Assembly (NCBI RefSeq): GCF_000143415.4
Contig: NW_003314273.1
Span: 1,580,052 to 1,644,051, forward strand
Direction: 5' to 3'
DNA length: 64,000 nt
Source: Selaginella moellendorffii
Taxonomy: Eukaryota; Plantae; Lycopodiophyta
Shown: piece after piece, positions 12,725 through 23,251 of the stretch
Position numbering within the stretch: the first letter of the stretch is position 1
Layout: the number at the start of each line of letters is the position of its first letter
Notes under the pieces: generated by a model
What the model saw: the letters and a program-made list of their open reading frames with translations, nothing else
Database searches by the model: none
Told to the model about the DNA's origin: nothing
Program-made: the position numbers and the translations under genes

Positions 12725-15100
12725 CTACAGAGCTACAAAGGATGAAACCAGCTTGCCTCTGTCCCACCAGAACCTGAGAAACACACTTCCTCGTCTCTTC
12801 ACCAACTTCACACCAGCCACCTTCAAGTGCAAACTTTGGCCTAGGTATACGGCTCCTCTTGATGGCTGCTCCACAAGGTTCTGAACTTCTACACCTCTTT
12901 GTTGTCTAACATCTTCTTCTTTCTTCTTCACAACAGCTTTCTGCTCCAAGCCAGCTTGACCAGCTGCTGCCTGTTCCACGTCAAACTTTGGCACTGAATT
13001 TTTCTTCTGCTCCGTCTGCTCACAAAACTTCGGAAGCACCACCTCAAGTTCCTGCGTCTGAAACTCCTTTATCCACTGCAGGTCTTTGTCTTCTTCTGCT
13101 GGTTGCTCAATCTGATCAGGCTGTTCATCTTCCACCAGGTTTTGCTTCAACCTTGCTTCAGCTTGCTCTTCCACATGAAACTTTTCTTTCTGCTGAACAG
13201 GTGCCAGCTCCTCTTGGGTAAAACTTCTTGTTTCTTGATTGTTTGATTGTTTGTCGTGTTCTTTGATTGTTTTTGGATCTTGTGCTTGCAATTCAGCTTG
13301 AATTGCTTTAAGTATTTTCTTGCTTTTCTTCCATTCGGTTTCTGGGATAATTTCCAGTTCATCATCGTGATCTTGTTCTTCCAAATTATCTGGTTGTTGA
13401 TACTTGTATTGTTGTCTCGTGATTGCTCGTATTGCTGGTTCTTCATAAGTTTGTGAGTCGTCAATTTCCACCTCAACATTCCATGCTGCTGGTGGTCTTG
13501 GCCTCGGAGCTTGATTGTTTACTCCTTGGTTATTTTCGTGATTTGCATTTTGGTAAGGTTGTCGAGGACGATTATCTTGCTGCAGTGCAGGTTGCTGGTT
13601 GTAATTGTAACCTTGAGCCGGTCTTTGATTATAATTGCGATATGGTTCTTGATCATAATTGTAATTTCGTGGGGGAAGACATTGGTAGTTGTCACGAGGT
13701 CCATCATGTTGCTGATATGCATTGTAGTTTCTTCCATAGTTTCCAGAATAGTTGTTTGGTCTTTGATCTTGAGGGGGTATTCTATTGTAGTTGCGATTGT
13801 TCTGACGGTAAAAGTTTCCTCTTTGATTGTACAAATTATCATCACGTTGATAATAATTGTTATATCTTGGAGGTTGATTTCGTGGTGGTCGCGCGTTTTG
13901 ATTCCAGTTTCCTTGATATCGAAGATTGGGCTCTCGACGAGAAGTATTCTCGATTCTTGAAACTTCCATTGTATTCCTAAATCGGCAATTTTTGGCTATA
14001 TGGCCTTCTCTATCGCAAATTTGACATTTTGGAAGCTGAAATTTGCATTCCAAATATGTATGTCCTTCATTTTTACACTTTGTACACCACACTCCTTCCT
14101 TGAATTCGGTTTGTGAGATTTTCCTGATTATTTCCTTCAAATCTTGGTTTTTTGATGGTTTCTTCTTTGTTTTGATGCGGATTTCTTCCTCTTCTTCATC
14201 ATCTGAACCGTCATCGGTTTGTGAAGGTATAGCTTTTGTGAATTGCTTGAATCTCTTTTCGAATGTGAGGATTTCTTTGGAGAGTGTATCAACACTTTCA
14301 TCATCTGGATTCTCTGTTGCAGCAGCAATTGCTACCATGTTTCTATAGATTTCTTTTAGTCCTTGGATATAGGTTAAACTCTTTCCTTTATCTGTTATCA
14401 AATCCTTGCAGCGCTTTGCATGAAACTTAAATCTTCGAGTGTAATCTTGAATTCCTTCACGTGATTTTTGCTTGAAGTTTTTGATGATCTCATAGTGTTC
14501 TTCTGGAGTTCCACCGGTCTGGAATTGCTCCTTGAATTGTGTGACCTTTTCATCATGGGTCAAAGCATCATTGAGTGTATTATGCCAATTGAGTGCTTTT
14601 CCTTTAAGGGTGTATGGGAAAAGTATTTCTCGATGCATTTCCTGTTTGTTCATCTTTACAATTTGATCAAATTGTTTAAGATGCTGATTCGCATCTTCGG
14701 TTTTTCCACCAGTAAAAATGGGATAGGAAATCATGTTCCCTATGGCTGTCGCTGAGTTGATGATTGCCATTTGAAATTGTAGACTTTGTTGGTGAAGTTG
14801 TTGTTCTGGTGAGTCTGGATTGGAGTAAAACTTTGGTGCTATGTATTCGGCTTCTTCAAATGCCTCAAACTTTGGGGCGTCTTCACTATTTAGTTCTTTG
14901 TTACCTTTGGCTGAGTTGCTCGACTCGGCAACTTGAATTTCTTTATCCTCCTTGTCGTACTTCTCTAATATTGTTTCTAAAATTTGTTGCTGTTGTTGTT
15001 CTAGTTTCTCTTTTTCTATCTCTTCCTTTTTCACTTCTCGATTCTTTTGTCGAAGATCTCTTTCCCGGATCTTGATTGGGTCTGGTTTGTGTTTGTACAT
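12725..15100 (-). CDS. Gag-like protein, 791 aa, two CCHC knuckles, N/Q/Y/R-rich low-complexity region
   Basis: Capsid-like FTGGKTEDANQHLKQF...FPYTLKGKALNW...FKQKSREGIQDYTRRF; knuckles CTKCKNEGHTYLEC and CQICDREGHIAKNC; ORF is intact. Confidence 0.85.
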   Translation of the reverse strand: MYKHKPDPIKIRERDLRQKNREVKKEEIEKEKLEQQQQQILETILEKYDKEDKEIQVAESSNSAKGNKELNSEDAPKFEAFEEAEYIAPKFYSNPDSPEQQLHQQSLQFQMAIINSATAIGNMISYPIFTGGKTEDANQHLKQFDQIVKMNKQEMHREILFPYTLKGKALNWHNTLNDALTHDEKVTQFKEQFQTGGTPEEHYEIIKNFKQKSREGIQDYTRRFKFHAKRCKDLITDKGKSLTYIQGLKEIYRNMVAIAAATENPDDESVDTLSKEILTFEKRFKQFTKAIPSQTDDGSDDEEEEEIRIKTKKKPSKNQDLKEIIRKISQTEFKEGVWCTKCKNEGHTYLECKFQLPKCQICDREGHIAKNCRFRNTMEVSRIENTSRREPNLRYQGNWNQNARPPRNQPPRYNNYYQRDDNLYNQRGNFYRQNNRNYNRIPPQDQRPNNYSGNYGRNYNAYQQHDGPRDNYQCLPPRNYNYDQEPYRNYNQRPAQGYNYNQQPALQQDNRPRQPYQNANHENNQGVNNQAPRPRPPAAWNVEVEIDDSQTYEEPAIRAITRQQYKYQQPDNLEEQDHDDELEIIPETEWKKSKKILKAIQAELQAQDPKTIKEHDKQSNNQETRSFTQEELAPVQQKEKFHVEEQAEARLKQNLVEDEQPDQIEQPAEEDKDLQWIKEFQTQELEVVLPKFCEQTEQKKNSVPKFDVEQAAAGQAGLEQKAVVKKKEEDVRQQRGVEVQNLVEQPSRGAVYLGQSLHLKVAGVKLVKRRGSVFLRFWWDRGKLVSSFVAL

Positions 15101-15338
15101 TCAGTTTGCTGAGTCTTCTCAACTTGAATGTTGAGGTAAGTTTCCTGAATTTATGTTTTGCCTAAGTTGTCTAGAGTCAAATGTTGTTCTTCATAGATTG
15201 CAAAGTCAAGCTCTTACGTCTTGAGTCTTCTGCAAGTTTGGTTTTGTTGCGAAGTCAAGCTCTTGTGTCTTGAGTCTTCAATCGAGTTTTTCTTTCTCGA
15301 TTCTTCCCGAGTTTCTTCTCGAGGTCACTTTCCTGAGT

Positions 15339-16382
15339 CTAGCTTAGGAAAGGTCTTGTATTTGAAAAATCTGGTGGTGTAAGTAAGTACGATTTTATTT
15401 GTGGAAGGAGGTTGGTTGTGTCATATATTAATCGATGTAGCTGTTCGCTAGTGATATTTGGTGCTGCTCTCCAAGTTTGGGATCGAGCAGGTATGCAAAC
15501 GATTGCAACTCTCTTTAGGAGTCCAATCTGATCTAAATTCTTGAACAATTGTTTTGGTCTTTTACAATATGTTGGTCGTACTAGAATGCGAGCTCTCACT
15601 ATGAGCATTTGTGTTTCCCAGTCGATAGTAATATTTGAAAATGCTAAATACAGCAGTGGTTGTATTTTTAATGTTTTCACTTCTCCTTCTCCGATTGATA
15701 CGGGTTTCCAATTTCGTGATTCCTATATGTTTTTCTTCTCAAATGGTGTCCACACGTCAAGGTATGGATTCCAACAAATTTTTGTTGCTTTAAGCCTATG
15801 CGTGCGCGGATCTATCCAGCGCTCTTTTGCCCACAGTCCTTCCTTTATCTTGAGGTCAGTAAGCTCATGTATTGCGCTTCCAATCGGTGTAATAAATCCT
15901 CTTACAAATTGCTGTCCAAGTATTTCCTGTATTTCTCTAAGCAGGAACCTTGGAATTTCTTCGTAAATTCGAGTGACAGCATCCCAAGTATGCCACTCAA
16001 CTTCTTCCTTGAGACAAATAAATTCTTGATCAATGTACACGAAAGATCTCCACGAGAGCTCGAGGATGATTCTCCACGTATACAATTCTTGTTTATCTTG
16101 TTTTCCTATAAACTGTGCGCCGTGTATGATAGCGCCATTGCAAATTGGTGTATAGTTCTCCTTGTCTAATGTGTTGTGAACTAAATTAAAGATTCATTCC
16201 TGAATCTCAGATGGCAGCTGCTTGATGGCTTCTAAAAAGTTTTGAGAGTCTTGCATCTATCGAGGGATTTCCTCATCTCGCTGGTCTCTCGTGCAAGCCC
16301 AAAATTTCCATTTTGCGTCATTGTTATCGCTCTCCTCATGTGGGCTACAAAATTTTGGTGATTGTTCATTCTCTTTTATCAT
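15339..16382 (-). pseudogene. Accessory ORF of element C with F-box-like motif, interrupted by three in-frame stops
   Basis: ORFs 15339-15680 and 15723-16085 are in one frame that extends to ATGs at 16256 and 16382. Stops TAG (16257), TGA (16194) and TAG (15723) fit CAG/CGA deamination. Reads MQDSQNFLEAIKQLPSEIQE*IFNLV. Confidence 0.6.
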
Positions 16383-16731
16383 TCCTCCCCTTTGGTTCTT
16401 TCAATTTGCTGGACAAATTGTGTAATAGTCGCAAGACTGTTTCTTTGAATTCTTGAAAGCAACTAGTGCTCTGTTTTTCTTCTTTTTCTAAACTATTGTC
16501 ACTCTTTTTGGTGTCATTTTTGTGGGCTATTTCTTCTCGTTTCTTTCTCTCTTCTGTTGCGGCAATGTCATCCCTGATTCGCAGTCTTGCTTTTGCTTGT
16601 TTGCAAGTGTTGCATCGCCATTTTGGATAGCATTGCTTGTATGGTTTAGCACAATTTCTAAATCCACATAAAAGGCAGTCCTCGTATCTTGTACAGCTTG
16701 TATCTCCAAATGGGCAGTCAGGCTTTTTCAT
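16366..16731 (-). CDS. Cys-rich 121-aa accessory ORF of element C (putative zinc-binding)
   Basis: Eight Cys in the first 43 residues including CLLC and CNTC, then a charged helical tail. Confidence 0.5.
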   Translation of the reverse strand: MKKPDCPFGDTSCTRYEDCLLCGFRNCAKPYKQCYPKWRCNTCKQAKARLRIRDDIAATEERKKREEIAHKNDTKKSDNSLEKEEKQSTSCFQEFKETVLRLLHNLSSKLKEPKGRNDKRE

Positions 16732-17090
16732 TCTTCCTCCATCGCCAGCTGCTAGAATTTTTCCTTGGTCGTTTCCTTATCGCAGATCCTTGGAATATTT
16801 GCTTTCTTCAACCTCTCGCCAAAAACAGTTACGCATATGCTCCAAGTTTTCCACGACTTGGGTGGCTTCAATCTTCAAGTGTTCTTCATCTTTTGGTCTT
16901 ACGCTCCATTTTTTTGTTCATTCCTTCATGCTCTTCCACCGTTTTTGTTTTACGGTCTTGTTTTTCTTGATTTTTGGGGCTTTTTCTTCCTATGCCATTT
17001 TCTTGTGCGTCTTTGGACCGTTTTCCTTGAAGTTTTGGGGGAAATGAGCGTCTTGGTCTGCTCTATTCCATGAGCTCTTCACGTCGTCTC

Positions 17091-17108
17091 ATCCCACCGT
17101 GGTCGCCA
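17091..17108 (-). promoter_or_regulatory. Primer-binding site of element C (tRNA-Arg-like)
   Basis: TGGCGACCACGGTGGGAT lies 1 nt inside the 5' LTR. Its complement ...TCCCACCGTGGTCG-CCA resembles the plant tRNA-Arg(UCG) 3' end as I recall it. Confidence 0.7.
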
Positions 17109-18225
17109 GTGAAAACTCCTGGGAATCTCTAAACTGGGAGGAAACGTCCACACAAGATCTTCCTAGGAGATTCAAATCTAATCTAGTCCCTAAAACTAAA
17201 ACTACACTATGAGAAGCGAGCACTTACCTGCTTGTGCCAATGCAAGACGAGATTGTAGACACGAGCAAGAAGGTGCTAGTCCCACGCCTTTGATCCCTTG
17301 AAGGCGGTGGGTAAGTAAGACATTGCTGTGAAGAGCCGAAGAGATAGGTAGAATGACGATGTATTGCAATGTATTTTGTATTAGGGATAAGTCTAAAAAC
17401 ATTCTAAGTCCTACTTTTATAGTCGCTACTGCTCACGTCAAGGTTAGGAATACAGTCCTAACCTTGAACCTCTCAAGTTTACTTTCCTAAGCTTGAATCC
17501 TCAAGCTTGTCTTTTTCTCCCTTCTCCACCCCACTTAGCGGTGTGCATAAGTTAGCCTCCCCGGCCAAGAGCCCATGACAACGGAATATAGGTGTCCCTA
17601 TACTCCTCACCTCACCATGCCCTAGTATGGGATCGGGACTTGAACCCAGCCTTGCTTTACTAGGGGGTTGGGACTCGAACCCAACCTCCATAGAATACGT
17701 CTACAGATTCGACATCCCCGCAGGGAGTCGGGCGTAGCTCCCTACGCCTGGTTGACCTAGCTAACCCATGCTAATTAGCTTACCTTTGGCGCGCCTTCGG
17801 GTCCCAACATATGCCACTTGCTCAACTTTGCAAATTGATATTTTTAATTGAACTTTGCATAAGTACATAGAGTTCTGTCTTGCAGAAATTCCTCCACTAC
17901 ATCTCGCGCGTTCGCCAGGTTCTCCTCCGGTTCCCATGTTGCTTCGCAGTGTGGAAATCCTTTCCACTTCACATGGAACTCTCTCACCTCGCGTCCTTGT
18001 CGCTTGCTCTTGTGCCCATTGAGGATGGCCTCGACTTCGTATTCCTCTTCCCCTTGGATAACCTTAGGTAAAGGTCTTATTTGGTCCTTGCGAAGCGGAT
18101 CCTCAAAGTACGGCTTGAGCAAGTTCACATGGAACACTGGGTGCATCTTCCCCATCTCTCGAGGAAGTCGGAGTCGGTAAGCCACTTTACCGGTTCGTGC
18201 CTCAATCTCGTAAAGCCTCGCGAAC

Positions 18226-18277
18226 CTGCTTAAGGAACTCAAGATCAATTCATTTACAGGAATACATGCATTTTTAC
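18226..18277 (-). other. Spliceosomal intron (52 nt) in family-A integrase C-terminal region
   Basis: GTAAAA...TTAAGCAG. Removal joins KLTQ-R-FA(G/R)(P/L)YEI, restoring the GPY/F module in frame with the chromodomain. The homologue at 24037-24088 has a GT>CT donor. Confidence 0.8.
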
Positions 18278-18695
18278 CTTTGGGTCAACTTCCGACTGAT
18301 CCCACTTGGTAGCCTGAGGTTCTTGGTGTTCAGCCACACCTTCTCCCCGGCTTGGAACTCTACATCCCGGCGCTTTAGGTTTGCGTACTTGGTTTGCCTT
18401 TGTTGAGCCCATTCCAAGGAATCCCTCACTAGATTCCAAATGTTAAGTCTTTCCGCCGTGAATGCCTCCACTACGGGTAGCTCTCCATGATACTCGGCCA
18501 CGCCGAGTTCCACAGGACCTTCAATAGCTCGCCCATTGATGACTTCCCATGGACTCACCCCGATACTCGAATGTGGTGAGTTGTTATAACACATTTCCGC
18601 AAGTCCCAAATGACTTACCTAATCGATCTGGTCTCCCGAAACATAGCATCGCAAATAATCCTCCAGCTGCCTATTCACCCTTTCCGTTTGTCCGT

Positions 18696-18742
18696 CTGTC
18701 AAGAAATGTTAGTGCCATCAAACTTGACTTAATACCCCATAC
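18696..18742 (-). other. Spliceosomal intron (47 nt) in family-A integrase core
   Basis: GTATGG...CACTAAC ATTTCTTGACAG. Removal restores YHPQTDGQTERVN exactly. Identical copy at 24507-24553. Confidence 0.88.
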
Positions 18743-21700
18743 CTGTCTGTGGGTGATAGGCTGTGCTGAATTTCAACTTGGTGCGATACTGTTCCAGGAG
18801 AGTCCTCCAGAACCTACTAGTGAAGATCTTATCTCGATCTGAGATAATCTCTTCTGGCCTTCCCCGCACTCGAACCACTTGTTCGAAGAACAGCTTCGCC
18901 ACACCTTCCGCATCCACTTCCATTGTGGTGGGTATGAAATGTGCCATTTTCGAAAATCGGTCCACCACCATGAATATCGCATCAAACCCCTCGCTTGGGG
19001 GGAGTCCCGTGATGAAGTCCATCGTAAGACATTTCCACGGACGATCTGGAATTGGGATGCTTTGCAACAAGCCCCCACTAGCCTTAGTCACGGCTTTGAC
19101 CTGCTGACATGTTGGACATGTCTTTACATAGTCTTGGACGTCCTTAGCCATATCTGGCCAGTGGTACTTCCTCTTAAATAAGCCCATCGTCTTGCTCACT
19201 CCGCCGTCTCCCGCAAGAGGTCCGTCATGACACTCTTCTAAGGCTACCTTCCTTAGTTCCCCTTCTGGAACATACACCATCATTTGCTTGTAATAGATGA
19301 GTCCGTTGCATTCCGCATAGCCCGTTTTCTCTTCCGTTGGCAGCTCACCTCTCTGGTGAGCTTTCCGTGCCTCCAGATTTCTCAGCAACACTTCTTGTGC
19401 TAGACCATCGTTCTCATATGCTGTCCGCACATTGTCCCAGAAGGTTGCTATTGCGCTGGATATCGCCAACCTCAAGCTCGCTTTTTGACTTATCGCATCC
19501 GCAACGATGTTGCTCTTCCCAGGCTTGTACAGAATCTCGCAATCAAACTCGGCCAAGGCATTGGCCCACCGACCTTGTTTCCCTCTCAGGTTGGGCTGTG
19601 ACAAGAAGTGTTTCGTTGCCACATTGTCCGTGTAAACCTTGAAGTGTCTCCCAAGGTAGTGTCGCCACTCCTTGAGCGCCTTGACCACCGCAAACAATTC
19701 CTTCTCGTGGGCAGGCCACTTCCGTTGAGCCTTGTCCAACTTCTTCGAGAAGAACGCTACTGGATGGTTGTCTTGCTTCAAAACTGCGCCCAATGCAAAG
19801 TCTGAAGCATCCGTTTCTACCTCGAAGTCCTTACCAAAGTCTGGTAATGCCAACACCGGAGCCTTCCTCAACTTCCCTTTGAGGTGGACGAATGCCGCCT
19901 CGCATTCCGCTGTCCATACCATCTTCCCTTTTCCTGTTTGGTCCGTTAAGGGCAGGGCTACTCTCAAATAGTGTCTGATAAACTTTCGGTAGTAGTTGCA
20001 TAGCCCCAAGAACGCCCTCAACTCATGTACATTCGATGGTCGCTCCTATTCCTGGATTGGTTGGACCTTCTCCGGGTCCACCTTGAGCCCGTCTTGGCCC
20101 ACCACATGCCCGAGAAACTTTACCTCTTGTTGAGCAAAGTCACATTTGCTCTCTTTAGCATACAGTTTGTGTTCCCTTAGTTTCTCAAACACCTTCGCCA
20201 AATGTTCGGCATGCTCCTCTAGTGTCTCGCTATAGATCAGGATGTCGTCGATATAGACGACCACGAAGTGATCCAGATAGGGTACAAAGATGTGGTTCAT
20301 CAACGCCGAAAACGTTGCCGGCGCATTGCATAGCCCAAAGGGCATCACCAGAAACTCAAAGCTCCCATACCTCATTCAACAGGTTGTCTTCTCGACATTT
20401 TCCTCAGCTACCCTGATCTGGTAGTATCCTGACCTTAGGTCAATCCTCGAGAAGTATTTTGCCTTTCCCAACCTATCGAACAGGTCCTCAATCCTTGGCA
20501 AAGGGTACTTGTTCTTCTTTGTATATTTGTTGAGCAACTAGTAATCTATGCACATGTGCATAGATCCATATTTCTTTTTCACAAATAACACCGGCGCCCC
20601 ATACGGCGACTTGCTCAACCTAAAATACCCTTTGTCCACCAACTCCTCTAGTTGGCACTTGAGCTCCTTAAGTTCTTTTTCGTTCAAAACGATAGGGGGG
20701 ACAAACCACCGCCTCAGCACCCTCAACCAACTCAATCTTATGTTCTATCAGTCATGCGGGGGGCAATCCCGCCGGTAACTCCTCTGGCATGGTATCCTGG
20801 AATTAGTCCAACACCCGTCGGATCACTAAAGGTACTTCTTCCGTTCCTGTCTTTTTGTCACTCTTCACCGAGAGTAAGCACAAAAATGCTGCCTTAGTTC
20901 CTTTAGTGAGTTGTCCTCTCGTGGACACCAGGTTTAAGAAGGATTCTTTGGCCTTGCTTTGCCGTTCCTTTAGATACTACGCCTCCACCCTAGATCTTCT
21001 TCCTTGGGCATTCGCTAGTACCACAAGGTTCCTACCTTGTCCATGCAGGGCTACCACGAACCGATTGAACCAATCCATTCCGAAGATCACGTCAAATCTC
21101 GCCATATCCAACACGGTGAAATCCATGTCTACTTTCCATGTCCCTACTTCGACTCTCGCTTGTCGAAGTACCTCATCGGTGCTTTGGCTACCTTGAACAA
21201 ACTCTATAGTCCTTGGTTTGCCTAGCCGCTACACCGTTAGTCCGGCTTGCTGGACTATGTCTGCAGCCACAAAATTATCTGAAGCACCCGTGTCAATAAG
21301 GATCTTAACAAAGCTACCTCCGAGCTTCCCTCGGAGGGCTAGTAGATGTCGCGAACGACTCTCTACCAAAGTTTCTCGTGTAATGAGTAACTTTGAGTTA
21401 GGGACTGGATCACATACCTCAGTTTGGACTTCACCCGACTTGATGGCCATATTGGCTCTTGCCTTCTTTGGGTAGGGACATTCCCTCGAAAAGTGTCCCG
21501 CTTCACCGCAGTTGTAGCATACGTTGTTTCCCACGCTGCTATACGACTTGACCTTCTTATCCGTGGGTTTGTCTCTTTTCGCTTGACTCCCCCACGCACT
21601 CGCTCGCTGGCCACTGGATTAGCCTTTCCGGAACCCCGATGACTCATTCTTAGATAAACTCTTCTTGAATTTCCCCCTGCTATACGTTCCCCTTGGTTTG

Positions 21701-22385
21701 GCCCCTTTGCTAAACGTGGTTCCCGACCCCGTCGTGTTCCCCTTTCGCAGGTTATCGTTGAAATGCACCTTGATGGCCGCATCCAACGCTTCCTTGTAGT
21801 TGGTCGGGTTCCAGCGCATCACCTCACTGCGAGCCCAGATTTGCAAACCTGAAATGAAGGCATGAAACGCATCCATATCCCCCAATTCCGTGACAAGTAT
21901 CCTCTTTGCCATGAACCCATTCACATATTCCTGAATGGTTCCAGTCTGCTTCAGCCTACTCAGCTCATCTCTCAGATGCAGAGTGGCATTCAGAGGAACA
22001 TATGTTGCGCGGATCCTCGCCTTCATCATGTCCCAAGTTGCCACTGGTCCTTCGTTGGCCTCCGTCATTCTCCACCAAGACTTGGTATTATCTGCCAAGT
22101 ATGGTTTTGCACATGGGACCTTCTCCGAGCTTGGTAATCGCAACGCTAAACCGGAAGTAGTCCTCCATATTGTAAAACCAATCCTCCACCACCTTATAGT
22201 CATTCACTCCCTTGAAGACCGGTGGGGGCTTTGGTTTGTACTTGGGAACTGCCTGAGGGACTGATTCTACTTCGGTCTGTTCGACCTTGTTTGGTTCTGG
22301 CTCAGTCCCTGCCGAAGGGTCCGCACCTTCTGCACTACCAGCATCCGCAGTCTTTCTTTTTTTCTTCCACTTCTCATCACGCTTT

Positions 22386-23251
22386 AGCTTCCAAGTTCCT
22401 AACATCCCTTGGTACCACAAGACTTCATCATGGGACCCTCTAAATCCCAAGTCTTGAGTGCAACACTTGCTTCGGGACGCCGGGGCGAAACACCGTGGCC
22501 GAACGGCCCGGTATGGGTACCTCTACCCCCCCACTTCCATCGCGAAGGAAGGGCGAGGACCAATGAGCCACAAGGTACTCAAGTGGGGCACCACTCCACG
22601 TGAGTCGAGAGCACCGCAATCGGTTTCCCTTTCGGGAGTGGGAGCTACTCTTGAGCACTTCCTTGGATGGCCCCTCCGGCACCAACCAAGTCCACACTCA
22701 CTCCCACCCAAGGCCCCTCGGTCCCAGTCTCAACCTCAAGTCAGTTTGGAAGCCCTACTGGAGAGTCCCTTCAAAACTGGTTCCTGGACCTCGCTATCCC
22801 TACTATACTTTTGGAACCCCCTGCAGCCCCCCCCCCCCTGGGAGACGCACGCTTTGGGCTTTCACCCCTTGACCCGTATTAGTATTTGGACTCAGTCTCT
22901 GGCTCGATCTCAGACTCGATTTCGGATCCGACTTTGGATTCGGTCTTGGACTCGATCTCAGACTCGATCTCGGACCCGATCTCGGACCCGACCTCAGACT
23001 CGGTCTCGGACTCGGTCTCGGACCCGATTTCGGATCTCGGACTCCGTCTCGAACTCGGTCTCGAACTCAATCTCGAACTCAGTCCCCAAGTCGGCCTCGG
23101 ACTCGATTCCGGACTCTATCTCGAACTCGGTCTCAGAGTCGGTCTTGGACTTGATCTTCGACTTGGTCCCATCCGATGAACTCTTTGTCATTTTGGTCAT
23201 GCTTTCGGGGTTCCTTTAGCCTACGACACCTCGGCTAATTGGTTCCTTACA
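22386..23251 (-). repeat. Family-A LTR lacking its first ~275 bp on the + strand (3' LTR of A3)
   Basis: Joined to A2 gag through AGCTT microhomology (22386-22390). Ends GGTTCCTTACA at 23251, followed by PPT complement ACTCCACCACCCAT. Confidence 0.88.

Larger units (their letters stand above)
12031..17528 (-). mobile_element. Young non-autonomous LTR element 'C' (gag only plus upstream accessory ORFs)
   Basis: 419-bp LTRs 12031-12449 and 17110-17528 (TG...CA, only ~2 differences seen). TSD CCCCA (12026-12030, 17529-17533). No protease, RT or INT motifs seen. Confidence 0.93.
10888..22390 (-). mobile_element. Ty3/Gypsy chromovirus family-A copy A2 (gag-prot-RT-RH-INT-chromodomain), 5' end deleted, contains element C
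   Basis: Gag 21619-22203, zinc knuckle [14 protein letters not shown], protease LIDTGA (21229-21534), RT YIDD (20046-20375), RH/INT 18729-20021, chromodomain YEVEAIL...VKWKGFPHCEATWEPEENL (17844-18248). Confidence 0.92.

Noticed and set aside
17091-17108. tRNA gene
   Set aside because: Only an 18-nt match to a tRNA 3' end including CCA, next to an LTR; it is a PBS.
17757-17786. GTAAGC...TAG micro-intron in family-A 3'UTR
   Set aside because: Only ~27 nt, non-coding, and partly deleted in the copy at ~62500.
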